The position numbers and the translations under genes are program-made. Of a stretch of DNA of 64,000 nucleotides, positions 47,230 to 56,228 are shown one piece after another (the first letter of the stretch is position 1; each line of letters begins with the position of its first letter). The DNA is from an uncultured Actinomycetes bacterium (GTDB lineage: Bacteria > Actinomycetota > UBA4738 > HRBIN12), in assembly GCA_963704885.1 (NCBI GenBank), contig CAVPIB010000001.1, forward strand, positions 64,001-128,000, written 5' to 3'. The notes below the pieces were generated by a model. That model ran no database searches, had not been told where the DNA came from, and saw only the letters and a list, made by a program, of their open reading frames with translations.

Positions 47230-48554
47230 CGATCTCTACCGGTCTTCGCCGGGTGCGGCGTAAGGATCGCCCGGGCGGCCCGCACGAGGGGCCGATGGCG
47301 AACCGTTCGCGGCCACGCCACGCGATCGACGCCACCGAACGCTCGATGGGCTTCGATGGCCGCGGCGAACGCCGGAACGAAGCCGTCCGCGGCCAACGGG
47401 TCGAACCCGTCCTCCCACCAGAGGCCGACGATCCTGAGCTCGTTCGTCTTGCGTTCGATGCGTGGCTCGATCCGCCCGACGAGCCGATCCCCGAACAGGA
47501 CCGGCAGGACGTAGTAGCCCCAGCGCCGCTTCGCCGCCGGAACGTAGACCTCCCAGACATAGTCGAAGTCGAACAGGGTTCGCAAGAACTCCCGGTCCCA
47601 GATGAGCGGGTCGAGCGCCCCTAGGAACGCCACGCCGGGTGCGGAGCCGCCAGGCGGGTCGCCGGCTGCGACCTCCCGCTCGGCCTGGTCGAGCAGCGGC
47701 ACGGCCTCGGCCGGGAGGTATCGCTCGCCGCGCAAGTCCTCGATCGTGACGGGGACCAGCGCGCCGGCCTCGAGGAGCTCCGCATGCAGTATCCGGCGTC
47801 CGGCGGTCGCGACCGGAAGGTCACCCTCCAACCCGTAGATCGCGCCGACCCGCGGGGACGTCCCCAGCCACAGCTCCGCTGAACCTGTTCGCCCCAGGAG
47901 GCCGTGGGCCCTGTAGCGCGACAGCAACTTGTGCCGGAACCGCTCGCGAGGAGGAACGACCCGTTCCAGGAGCTCGGCCGGAAATAGCCGCTCGACCAGG
48001 TCGTAGACCCGCCGGTTGCCCTCACGCCGAGAGATCCCAAGGATCCCGGCCTCGGCCAGCGCCTCCAGGAGTGCCCGGACCTGGTTCGTCGGACGCCAGT
48101 ACCAGTCGATCTGGCCCCGAGGTGCGATGTCGGTCGAGGACATCGGGCCCGTAGTCCGGATCCGATCGAGCAGTTCCTGGACGAGGGTCGCATGCTCGTC
48201 GAGCACGCGCTCCTCCAGCCTGACCCGCGCCCGGTCCCAGGCGATCCGGTACCAAGGAAGCTCAGCGGTAGGGACGAGAGAGAGACCTTTGTTGAATGTC
48301 TCGAACAGGGACCGCTCCTCGTACAGGAGGCGCTCCGCCATCTCCCGCCGGTAGCCGGCCACGCGCGCAAGGAGCACCAGGTCGTGGTTCCGCCCCGCGA
48401 TCTCGATCGGGTCGAACTGGATCGAGCCGAGACGTTCGAACACCGCCAGCACGCCGTCCGGCCCGGTGGGCAGCGATCGTGGCGGAGCCAGGAAGTGATG
48501 GATAGCCAGGAATCGGCGCGCGACGTCGCGGGAGATCGTCACGCCGGCGTCCAC
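47226..48554 (-). CDS. YcaQ/AlkZ-like (HTH_42) crosslink-repair DNA glycosylase family
   Basis: IQFDPI, DPLIWDR, FDYVWEVYVPAAKRRWGYYVLP. Confidence 0.88.
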   Translation of the reverse strand: MDAGVTISRDVARRFLAIHHFLAPPRSLPTGPDGVLAVFERLGSIQFDPIEIAGRNHDLVLLARVAGYRREMAERLLYEERSLFETFNKGLSLVPTAELPWYRIAWDRARVRLEERVLDEHATLVQELLDRIRTTGPMSSTDIAPRGQIDWYWRPTNQVRALLEALAEAGILGISRREGNRRVYDLVERLFPAELLERVVPPRERFRHKLLSRYRAHGLLGRTGSAELWLGTSPRVGAIYGLEGDLPVATAGRRILHAELLEAGALVPVTIEDLRGERYLPAEAVPLLDQAEREVAAGDPPGGSAPGVAFLGALDPLIWDREFLRTLFDFDYVWEVYVPAAKRRWGYYVLPVLFGDRLVGRIEPRIERKTNELRIVGLWWEDGFDPLAADGFVPAFAAAIEAHRAFGGVDRVAWPRTVRHRPLVRAARAILTPHPAKTGRDR

Positions 48555-48576
48555 GCCCCCATCGTAGATTGAGGGC

Positions 48577-49275
48577 ATGACGGACGTCCGTGTGATCCCG
48601 TTCCTGGTCTCCGAGCTGCGATTGGAGCCGGACGAGCAGGAGCTGCTCCAGCGCGAGTGGTGGCCGTCCTACGCCCACGCCGTCGTGCATCGGGACGGCG
48701 TCTTCCTGTTCGACAACGGGGTCGGCTTCGGCAACGCCGAGATCGAGTCGACGTTCTCACCGAGGGTGACGGCGATCGAGGACGCACTCGCCGCGAACGG
48801 GATCTCGCTCGCCGACGTCACCGGCGTGGCGAACTGCCACCTGCACTTCGACCACAGTGGCCAGAACGTCCGGATCCCGAAGGACGTGCCGATCTTCGTC
48901 CAGCGAGCTGAATGGGCCAAGGTGCACGAGCCCGACTACACCGTCCCCGAGTGGATCGATGCACCGGGCCTGACCTATGAGGTCCTGGACGGCGAGATCG
49001 AGGTGGCGCCGGGGTTGCGGTTGCTCCCAACCCCCGGGCACACGGCGGGCCATCAGTCGCTCGTGCTGGACGCAGAGGACGGGACGGTCGTGCTCGCGGG
49101 GCAGGCGGTGCAGTCGCGGGCCGAGTGGGAGGGTGCGACGGAACCCTCGGCGTCCGGCGCATCGGCCGCGCCCGATCCCGCCTACCCGAGCTCCGTGGAG
49201 CGTCTCCGCTCGTTCGACCCGATCCGCGTCCACTTCGCGCACGATCCGGCCGTCTGGGCGCGTGATCCATCGTGA
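48577..49275 (+). CDS. Metallo-beta-lactamase fold, AHL-lactonase-like
   Basis: HLHFDHSG and TPGHTAGHQS. Confidence 0.88.
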   Translation: MTDVRVIPFLVSELRLEPDEQELLQREWWPSYAHAVVHRDGVFLFDNGVGFGNAEIESTFSPRVTAIEDALAANGISLADVTGVANCHLHFDHSGQNVRIPKDVPIFVQRAEWAKVHEPDYTVPEWIDAPGLTYEVLDGEIEVAPGLRLLPTPGHTAGHQSLVLDAEDGTVVLAGQAVQSRAEWEGATEPSASGASAAPDPAYPSSVERLRSFDPIRVHFAHDPAVWARDPS

Positions 49276-49401
49276 GCCGTTCGCTCCTCGATGTCGTCGA
49301 TGTTCCGCCGAAGTCCTGACCGCTCCGCCAGCTCAAAGGGCCAGCGTCCTACCCCTATCATCGCCCGACAAGCTGCGCGGGGCTGAGGAAGGGAGGCCAC
49401 G

Positions 49402-49872
49402 ATGACCGGTGATGGCAAGGGATACGTCCTCCAGCCAGGAGAAGGGAGGCTGATCGACCTCAGCGGATTCTCCATGCGCGTCAAGGCGACCGACGACGAC
49501 ACGAACGGCATGTTCACGCTGCTCGAGGCAGAGGAGCCACCCGGGTTCGGCCCGCCACTTCACATCCACCACGGCATCGCGGAGGCGTTCTACGTCCTGG
49601 AGGGTGAGTACATCATCTTCCTCGACGAGGAAGAGGTCCGGTGCCCGGCCGGTTCATTCATCTTCATACCCCCCGAGATGCCTCACGGGTTCAGGGTGGG
49701 CGAAGTGGCGAGCCGCAAGCTCAACCTCTACCTGCCAGCATCGATGGTCGGCTACTTCGATGATCTGAGCGACGCCATGAAGAAGGGCGAGGCTGATCCG
49801 GAGCGTCTGTCGGATATCGCGACCCGACACTCCCTCGAGGTGATCGGACCGGTGCCGGAGGGCTACCTGTGA
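49402..49872 (+). CDS. Cupin domain protein
   Basis: PPLHIH...EAFYVLEG...PHGF. Confidence 0.9.
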   Translation: MTGDGKGYVLQPGEGRLIDLSGFSMRVKATDDDTNGMFTLLEAEEPPGFGPPLHIHHGIAEAFYVLEGEYIIFLDEEEVRCPAGSFIFIPPEMPHGFRVGEVASRKLNLYLPASMVGYFDDLSDAMKKGEADPERLSDIATRHSLEVIGPVPEGYL

Positions 49873-49939
49873 ACGACCTCACCGAGCTAACGATGCCGGC
49901 TTCACCCGCTTGACCGTTCCGGTCCACCGCTCGGGGCCG

Positions 49940-50890
49940 TTAGGGGAACGCGATCGTGCGTCCGATGCCTCGCTCGAGCGCGCGGTCGTAGCAGAGCGCC
50001 CCCAGGGCCACGTCGTCCATCGCGATGCCCATGTTCAGGAACATCCGGCGACCCGACTCCGGGACCGTCAGCGAGCCCGCAACCACATCGGCCAGCTCGC
50101 CGTCCGGCTCCCGGAACCCGTCGAAGTGCTCGAACGAGGCGTACTGGGCGAGGTCATCCACCGCGTACAGGGAGGTGGCGTTCGCGGCAGAAGGACCCAT
50201 CGCGTCGTCGTAATCGATCGGCAACAGCACCGCATCATCGTGGGCCTCGGCACAGCTCAGTCGCGGATCCAGCGCCACGGTCAGGGCGGTGACGACGAGG
50301 TCGGCGCCCGCCACCGCATCCTCGGCTGAGGATGCGACGATCCCTCGGCGTCCGGCCGCGATCCCCACGAGCTCCTCGCTCGCGGCGGGTACGGCGTCGA
50401 AGGCCCGCACCTCCTCGACCTCCGGATGGAGCTCAAGGATGAGCTCGAGGTGCCTGCGACCCTGCACGCCCGCTCCCACGATCGCCACGGTCTGAGCCTG
50501 CATCGGCACGTTCCTGAGCACGACCCCTGAGACGCCCGCCGTCCGCATCTCGGTGATCCACCCGCCGTCCATCAGCGCCAGCGGCCGGCCGGTATCGGCG
50601 TCCGTTAGGAGGAAGACCCCGTAGATATACGGCAGGCCCTTGGTCCGGTTCTGCTCGAAGCCGGCCACCCACTTGATCCCGGCTCGGTCCGAGCCGCCCA
50701 GGTAGGCGGGCATCGCGTTGATGAACGCATCGGAGCGCGGTCGGATCGCGGGCTTCGGGGGGTTCTGCACCAGGCCGCGCGCCTTCTGCGCGAAGGCGTC
50801 CTCGAGCACGTCGACCACGTCGGCCCAGGTGATGCCGAGTCCGGCCAGCTCCTCGCGCCCGAGCACCAGCATCTCGTTCGGTGTGTTCAC
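49940..50890 (-). CDS. Ornithine cyclodeaminase/mu-crystallin family
   Basis: AMPA, GIKW, ITEMRT, GAGVQG, GIAMDD. Confidence 0.9.
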   Translation of the reverse strand: MNTPNEMLVLGREELAGLGITWADVVDVLEDAFAQKARGLVQNPPKPAIRPRSDAFINAMPAYLGGSDRAGIKWVAGFEQNRTKGLPYIYGVFLLTDADTGRPLALMDGGWITEMRTAGVSGVVLRNVPMQAQTVAIVGAGVQGRRHLELILELHPEVEEVRAFDAVPAASEELVGIAAGRRGIVASSAEDAVAGADLVVTALTVALDPRLSCAEAHDDAVLLPIDYDDAMGPSAANATSLYAVDDLAQYASFEHFDGFREPDGELADVVAGSLTVPESGRRMFLNMGIAMDDVALGALCYDRALERGIGRTIAFP

Positions 50891-50961
50891 GGGGCGCAGT
50901 CTATGTCGCGAGCGGATCTATCGGTCGCGATGTTGCTCGACCCCGCGAACCCCGACCAGAA

Positions 50962-50989
50962 TGACGCAGCTCACAGACAGCCACTTAGC
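50962..50989 (+). repeat. Relic of the sequence at and just after the merR stop codon
   Basis: TGACGCAGCTCACAGAC...CCACTTAGC versus TGACGCGGCTCACAGAC...CCACTTAGC at 38620-38658. Confidence 0.65.
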
Positions 50990-51110
50990 GGGTCCCTAGA
51001 GAGACCTATGGTCACGTCGGCCACGTTCGAGGTGAGTCGTGGACCTTCCTCCGCCGCCGGCTTCCGCGAACTGAGACCCTGACGGTGTTGACTCACGCAG
51101 GGAGACTGAC

Positions 51111-51476
51111 ATGGCCGCACCAACCAGTGTCGAGGACTACATGGCCACGCTTCCCAAGGGATCGCGCGCCGCTCTGGAGAAGCTCCGACAGACGATCAAG
51201 GCCGCCGCGCCCGAGGCCACCGAAGCGATCAGCTACCAGATGCCGGCGTTCAAGGACCACGGCCGGGTCCTCGTGTACTACGCCGCGTTCAAAGATCACT
51301 ACAGCCTTTTCGCAGCGAGCGGAACGATCCTAGGGACGTTCGCAGAAGAGCTGAAGCCTTACGTCTCGGGGAAGGGAACGCTCCGCTTCGAGATGGGCAA
51401 GCCCCTCCCCGTCGCGGTCGTGAAGAAGATCGTCAAGGCGCGGCTCCAGGAGAACGCTGCACGCAGGAGCCGTTGA
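51111..51476 (+). CDS. DUF1801/YdhG-like protein
   Basis: ISYQMPAF, YAAFKDH, KGTLRF. Confidence 0.88.
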   Translation: MAAPTSVEDYMATLPKGSRAALEKLRQTIKAAAPEATEAISYQMPAFKDHGRVLVYYAAFKDHYSLFAASGTILGTFAEELKPYVSGKGTLRFEMGKPLPVAVVKKIVKARLQENAARRSR

Positions 51477-51494
51477 AAGCCCCGGCAGAACTGG

Positions 51495-51872
51495 CTAGGC
51501 GGTCTCGAACACGCCGAGCACGTTCCCCTCGCTGTCCTTGAAGTACGCGAACGCACCCATGCCCGGGATCGGTGTCTTGGGCGTCACGACGCTGCCGCGG
51601 TTCGCCTCGACCTTCTTCAAGGCATCGTCGATCGAGTCGACGCCGATGACGAGGACCGGCGCGGGGGTCTCCGCGTTGCGCTGCATCATGCCGCCGTTTA
51701 TCCCGCCGGGCTCCGTCGCCATCTGCGTCTTCTGGTCGACCGGTGTGGTCACGACCATGGTGTAGTCCATGCCCTCCACGTCCTGGAGCTGCCATCCGAA
51801 GATCGAGCCGTAGAACTCCTTCGCCCTGGCCAGATCGTCGGTCGGGATCTCGAAATGCACCACCTTGTCCAT
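51495..51872 (-). CDS. VOC family protein
   Basis: VVHFEIP, INGGM, DSEGN. Confidence 0.92.
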   Translation of the reverse strand: MDKVVHFEIPTDDLARAKEFYGSIFGWQLQDVEGMDYTMVVTTPVDQKTQMATEPGGINGGMMQRNAETPAPVLVIGVDSIDDALKKVEANRGSVVTPKTPIPGMGAFAYFKDSEGNVLGVFETA

Positions 51873-51953
51873 AGCTGCCCCCTTCTAGGCTCACCGTCGG
51901 CGCGGTGACACCTGGAGACTACCGAGCCACGTTGCGATAGTCGGACGGTTCAC

Positions 51954-52007
51954 TTGACATGTATCACCCCCTTCTATAACCTGACCATTCTAGAAGAAAA
52001 AGGTTAT
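51954..52007 (+). promoter_or_regulatory. Promoter and inverted-repeat operator of an ArsR-SRPBCC operon
   Basis: TTGACA-N17-TAACCT; ATAACCT...AGGTTAT. Confidence 0.6.
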
Positions 52008-52009
52008 GG

Positions 52010-52384
52010 ATGGTAACCGACCAGCTCGATGCGGTGTTCGGGGCGCTCGCGGATCCCACGCGGCGGGCGATCCTGACGCGCCTCACCCGAGGCGAGGCGT
52101 CCGTCCTGGAGCTCGCCGCACCCTTCCAGATCTCCCAGCCGGCCATCTCGCAACACCTCAAGGTGCTCGAGCGCGCCGGCCTGATCTCCCGCACGCGCCG
52201 GGCAACCGCCCGCCTCAGTCACCTGCGAGCAGAGCCGCTCCGACAGGCGACGGTCTGGCTGGCCGGATATCGGGCGTTCTGGGAAGAGAGTTACGAGCGG
52301 CTCGACGAGCTGCTCGCGACCCTGCAAGACAAAGAGACCGACGGATCGCGACCGCACGACCCAGAAGGAAGGAGCGAGTCATGA
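52010..52384 (+). CDS. ArsR/SmtB regulator
   Basis: ALADPTRRAIL, AISQHLKVLERAGLI. Confidence 0.92.
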   Translation: MVTDQLDAVFGALADPTRRAILTRLTRGEASVLELAAPFQISQPAISQHLKVLERAGLISRTRRATARLSHLRAEPLRQATVWLAGYRAFWEESYERLDELLATLQDKETDGSRPHDPEGRSES

Positions 52385-52863
52385 CAGAGATGAAGATCAC
52401 CGCGGAGCCGGGCGTCCCGCAGGTCCTGACCAGCCGAGAGTTCGACGCGTCGCGCGAACTGGTCTACCGCGCCTTCACCGAGCCGGAGTTGCTGGTGCAG
52501 TGGCTAGGACCACGGAAGTACACCATGACGATCGACCGTTACGACCTGCGCGACGGAGGCACTTGGCGCTACGTCCACGCCGACGACGCCGGCAACGCGT
52601 TCGGGTTCCACGGCGTCTTCCACGGCACACCCTCGCCGGACGGCATGGTGCAGACGTTCGAGTTCGAGGGCGCGCCCGGCCACGTCTCCATGGACACGGC
52701 CACGTACGAGGAGCACGACGGCAAGACCACGGTCCATACCAACACGGTCTACCAGTCGGTCGAAGCCCGAGACGCGATGGTCGATCACGGCATGGCCGAC
52801 GGCATGAACGAGGGCTACGAACGCCTCGACGACCTGCTCGCCAAGCTCGTCGCGAACCACTGA
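52381..52863 (+). CDS. SRPBCC family protein
   Basis: REFDA, WLGP, FHGVFH, QTFEFE, GYERLD; ATGA overlap. Confidence 0.9.
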   Translation: MTEMKITAEPGVPQVLTSREFDASRELVYRAFTEPELLVQWLGPRKYTMTIDRYDLRDGGTWRYVHADDAGNAFGFHGVFHGTPSPDGMVQTFEFEGAPGHVSMDTATYEEHDGKTTVHTNTVYQSVEARDAMVDHGMADGMNEGYERLDDLLAKLVANH

Positions 52864-52955
52864 TCCCTAACGGAAGGACCGACGTCCGGGGGCTGGAGGA
52901 CGCCGCCAACGGATGACCTGAGCGCGTGGATGACCCTACGGGTCCCGGGCGGATG

Positions 52956-52997
52956 TGGCATGTCCCTTGATATGCCACCTTCTATATCTGTGGCATA
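52956..52997. promoter_or_regulatory. Operator repeats of the AbrB-VapC operon
   Basis: Alternating half-sites GTGGCAT / ATGCCAC / GTGGCAT. Confidence 0.6.
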
Positions 52998-53005
52998 CTC
53001 CAACT

Positions 53006-53272
53006 ATGGCAGACAAGATTGTGGTTCGGATGGGACCGCAGGGGAGGATCGTCGTGCCTGCGGAGCTCCGGCGAGAACTGGGGCTGGACGAGGGATCCAC
53101 TATGACCGCCACCACCGAGGGCGGCCGACTGGTCCTCGAACCCCGATCCATAGTGCTCGGACGGCTCCGAGAGCGGTTCTTGGGGGTCCCGTCTCCCACC
53201 GACCTGGCGGACGAGCTCGTCGCGGACCGTCTGGAAGAAGCTCAGCGGGACGGAGCGACCGGCCAACGGTGA
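53006..53272 (+). CDS. AbrB/MazE-type antitoxin
   Basis: MGPQGRIVVPAELRRELGL. Confidence 0.9.
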   Translation: MADKIVVRMGPQGRIVVPAELRRELGLDEGSTMTATTEGGRLVLEPRSIVLGRLRERFLGVPSPTDLADELVADRLEEAQRDGATGQR

Positions 53273-53646
53273 ACGTCCTCGATGCGTCGGCCGTGCTCGC
53301 GTTGCTCCACGGGGAGCCCGGTGCCGACCAGGTCGAGGCCTCGCTCGAGGGCGCGGCCATGTCCTGCGTGAACCTGTCGGAGGTGCTGCAGAAGGCGAGG
53401 CAGCACGGCGTCGACACCGACGGACTGGAGATAGACATCCAAGCCTTGGGCGTTCGTCTCTACGACTTCGACAGCCGAACGGCTCACGATGCCGCGGACC
53501 TGTGGCCCAGCACCCGGAGACGAGGTCTTTCCCTCGGCGACCGCGCCTGCCTGGCGCTAGCTCGCTCACTCGAGGGCGCCGCGGTGACCACCGACCCGCG
53601 ATGGGCAGAGCTCTTGATCGGTGTGCCCGTCGTCGTAGTCCGATGA
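53269..53646 (+). CDS. vapC: VapC/PIN toxin
   Basis: VLDASAVLA, VNLSE, LSLGDRACLALA, TTD; GTGA overlap. Confidence 0.92.
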   Translation: MNVLDASAVLALLHGEPGADQVEASLEGAAMSCVNLSEVLQKARQHGVDTDGLEIDIQALGVRLYDFDSRTAHDAADLWPSTRRRGLSLGDRACLALARSLEGAAVTTDPRWAELLIGVPVVVVR

Positions 53647-53735
53647 CTTAGCTCGACGAACCTCCTCGACTCCTTCACGACCGCTTCACATCTGCGCGCC
53701 AACGTTGAGACAGACGCGAGACAAGGAGGTCGAAG

Positions 53736-53867
53736 ATGCGTCGAGGAGTCGGGATCGTCGCTCCGTTGGTGATCCTGGGAGAGATCGGCATCGGGGTCGG
53801 CGCGTATCGAGCGGGCGAGCGCAATCATCCGTTCGAACCTGATCGCCGCCCCCTCGGTCGAGTCTGA
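53736..53867 (+). pseudogene. Short ORF or truncated membrane protein
   Basis: SD AAGGAGGT then MRRGVGIVAPLVILGEIGIGVGAYRAGERN..., 43 aa. Confidence 0.4.
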
Positions 53868-53887
53868 ACACCTAGCTCGCGTCGCCC

Positions 53888-54739
53888 CTACCCGGTGGAT
53901 CGGGTACTGCGCGGTGCGACGCGCGACGGGCCGACCCGACCTCGCAGTCGGATGGCCAGCGCGACCCCCGCGATCACCATCCCCAGGCAGAGGTACTGCG
54001 CGCCGGTGAGACCTGCGACGGTCCGGTCGTAGGCGCGGAGGAAGTCCGTCAGGAACCGCTGCGTCCCGTACCAGAGCAGGAACGCGACCGTGAGCCATCC
54101 GGCCGGCACCCGACGGCGTTCGAGCCACCAGAGCAGAGCGACCAGCGGCAGGAGCAGGAGCAGCTCGTACAGCGCGGTGTTGTGGATGACGGCGCCGACC
54201 CCACCGGCGACGGCCTCGCGGGTCTCTCCGCCCAGGTACTTCCAGCCCAGGAAGAACGTGGTCTGAGTACCCAGGTGCTCCCCGACCGCCATGCAGCCCA
54301 GGCGCCCGATGGCCAGCCCCGGGGCGAGCCCGATGACGATGCCGTCGGACAACCGCAGACCCCCCAGATCGGGGTGTCGCCGGGCGAACCACCAGATCAC
54401 GGCGATCGCGACAAGGAACGCGCCCGAGAACTGCAGGCCGCCCTCCCACACGGCGAACACAGTGAGCGGCTGATCGCGGAACTCACCCCACCGCGTGACC
54501 ACGTAGAGCAGACGCGACCCGACGATCCCTAAGAAGACCACCCACACCGCCAAGCGCGAGAGCATCTCGGGATCCAGGTCGTGGTCGCGCGCGTATCGCA
54601 GGAAACCCCAGACCCCCACCAGGATGCCGACCGCAACGAAGACGCCGAACATGCGGATGGGGAGCGGTCCGACCGAGAAGGACGGCCACGTCCGATAGGG
54701 GACGCTGGCCAACGAACCGAGCGCTGCCGCCGGAATCAC
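53888..54739 (-). CDS. lgt: Prolipoprotein diacylglyceryl transferase family
   Basis: GSRLLYV, WEGGL, IGRLGC, HxxxLYE, RFLTDFLR. Confidence 0.85.
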   Translation of the reverse strand: MIPAAALGSLASVPYRTWPSFSVGPLPIRMFGVFVAVGILVGVWGFLRYARDHDLDPEMLSRLAVWVVFLGIVGSRLLYVVTRWGEFRDQPLTVFAVWEGGLQFSGAFLVAIAVIWWFARRHPDLGGLRLSDGIVIGLAPGLAIGRLGCMAVGEHLGTQTTFFLGWKYLGGETREAVAGGVGAVIHNTALYELLLLLPLVALLWWLERRRVPAGWLTVAFLLWYGTQRFLTDFLRAYDRTVAGLTGAQYLCLGMVIAGVALAIRLRGRVGPSRVAPRSTRSTG

Positions 54740-54854
54740 GCCTCCATCATCGATGGGATCGCGCGCTCGTACCGTGGACGAGGTGCCCGCTCATCCAGGG
54801 TCCTATTCGGCGGATCGTTTGCCCGCCCCCTCGACGGCGGGGGAGACTACCCGG

Positions 54855-56228
54855 GTGATCCCACAGACGCGCTACGCGGTAACCGACGATGGCGTGCACA
54901 TCGCCTACCAGACCGTGGGCGACGGGCCGGTGGACATCGTGTTCGTCCACGCTTTCGTCTCTCACGTGGAGCTCTTCTGGGAGCTTCCCTCGTTCGAGCG
55001 CTTCGTCCGGGCGTTGAGCTCGAACGCTCGCGTGATCCTGTTCGACAAACGAGGCGTCGGTCTTTCAGATCGGCTCTCGAGCATCCCGACGCTCGAGGCG
55101 CGGATGGACGATCTGCGTGCCGTACTCGATGCCGCCGGATCGGAGCGGCCGCTGCTCGTCGGCGACGGCGACGGCGGAGCGCTCGCCGCCATGTTCGCGG
55201 CGACCTACCCGGAGCGGACGCTCGGTCTGCTGCTTTGGGGCGGCACCGTGCGCATGGCGTGGGCCGCCGACTATCCGTGGGGGATGACCGAGGAACGCTT
55301 CGAGGAGCGCCTCCGCACGCGGACCGAGCTGTGGGGCGACGCCGCGCGGGCTGTGGAAACCACGCGCATGACCTTCCTAACGATCGGAGAACGGTTGGCC
55401 GAGGACCCCTCGTTCGTCGATTGGCTGGTCAAGATCCAGCGATATGGCGCCGCTCCCGGGGACCTGGTCACTTTCAGCCGCGTGTGGTTCTCGACCGATG
55501 CGAGGAGCGCGCTTCCGGCGATCCAGGTTCCCGCACTCGTGGTCGTGCGCGAGGACTGGGCTCAGGACCTGATCGAGGAGAGCACGTGGACCGCTGACCA
55601 GATCCCGGGCGCGCAGCTCGTGCGGCTCCACGGGGACGAGGACGACCCCTACCTAGGAGACGTGACCGAGGTCGCTCAGGCGGTCGGACGGTTCATCGCA
55701 TCGATCCGCGAGGAGCAGGCCGTCTTCGACAGGGTCCTCGCGACGGTGTTGTTCACCGACATCGTGGCGTCGACCGACCGAGCTGCGGCATCCGGGGATC
55801 GCGAGTGGAAGGACCTCGTGGAGCAGCACCATGCCCGGACGCGTGCCCTCCTCGGCCGGTTCCGCGGCCACGAGGTGGACACCGCCGGCGACGGGTTCTT
55901 CGCCACGTTCGACGGTCCGGGGCGAGCGATCCATTGCGCGCAGTCGATCATCCGTTCCGTGGCGTCGCTGGGTATCCAGGTCAGAGCTGGGATCCACACG
56001 GGGGAGGTCGAGACGATCAACGGCAAGGCCGGCGGACTCGCTGTGATGATCGGCGCTCGGATCGGGGCGCAGGCGGAGGGGTCCGAGGTGCTCGTGTCCC
56101 AGACGGTACGAGACCTCACCGCGGGCTCCGGCATCGCGTTCGAAGACGTCGGGGAGCGCGACCTGAAAGGCGTGCCCGGCGTTTGGCAGATCTCGCGCGT
56201 CACCGACCGGATCGCGGATCAGGCGTAG
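54855..56228 (+). CDS. Alpha/beta-hydrolase-fold + class III adenylate cyclase (LipJ-like)
   Basis: FDKRGVGLSD; LFTDIVAST, AGDGFF, GIHTGE, LKGVPG. Confidence 0.9.
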   Translation: MIPQTRYAVTDDGVHIAYQTVGDGPVDIVFVHAFVSHVELFWELPSFERFVRALSSNARVILFDKRGVGLSDRLSSIPTLEARMDDLRAVLDAAGSERPLLVGDGDGGALAAMFAATYPERTLGLLLWGGTVRMAWAADYPWGMTEERFEERLRTRTELWGDAARAVETTRMTFLTIGERLAEDPSFVDWLVKIQRYGAAPGDLVTFSRVWFSTDARSALPAIQVPALVVVREDWAQDLIEESTWTADQIPGAQLVRLHGDEDDPYLGDVTEVAQAVGRFIASIREEQAVFDRVLATVLFTDIVASTDRAAASGDREWKDLVEQHHARTRALLGRFRGHEVDTAGDGFFATFDGPGRAIHCAQSIIRSVASLGIQVRAGIHTGEVETINGKAGGLAVMIGARIGAQAEGSEVLVSQTVRDLTAGSGIAFEDVGERDLKGVPGVWQISRVTDRIADQA

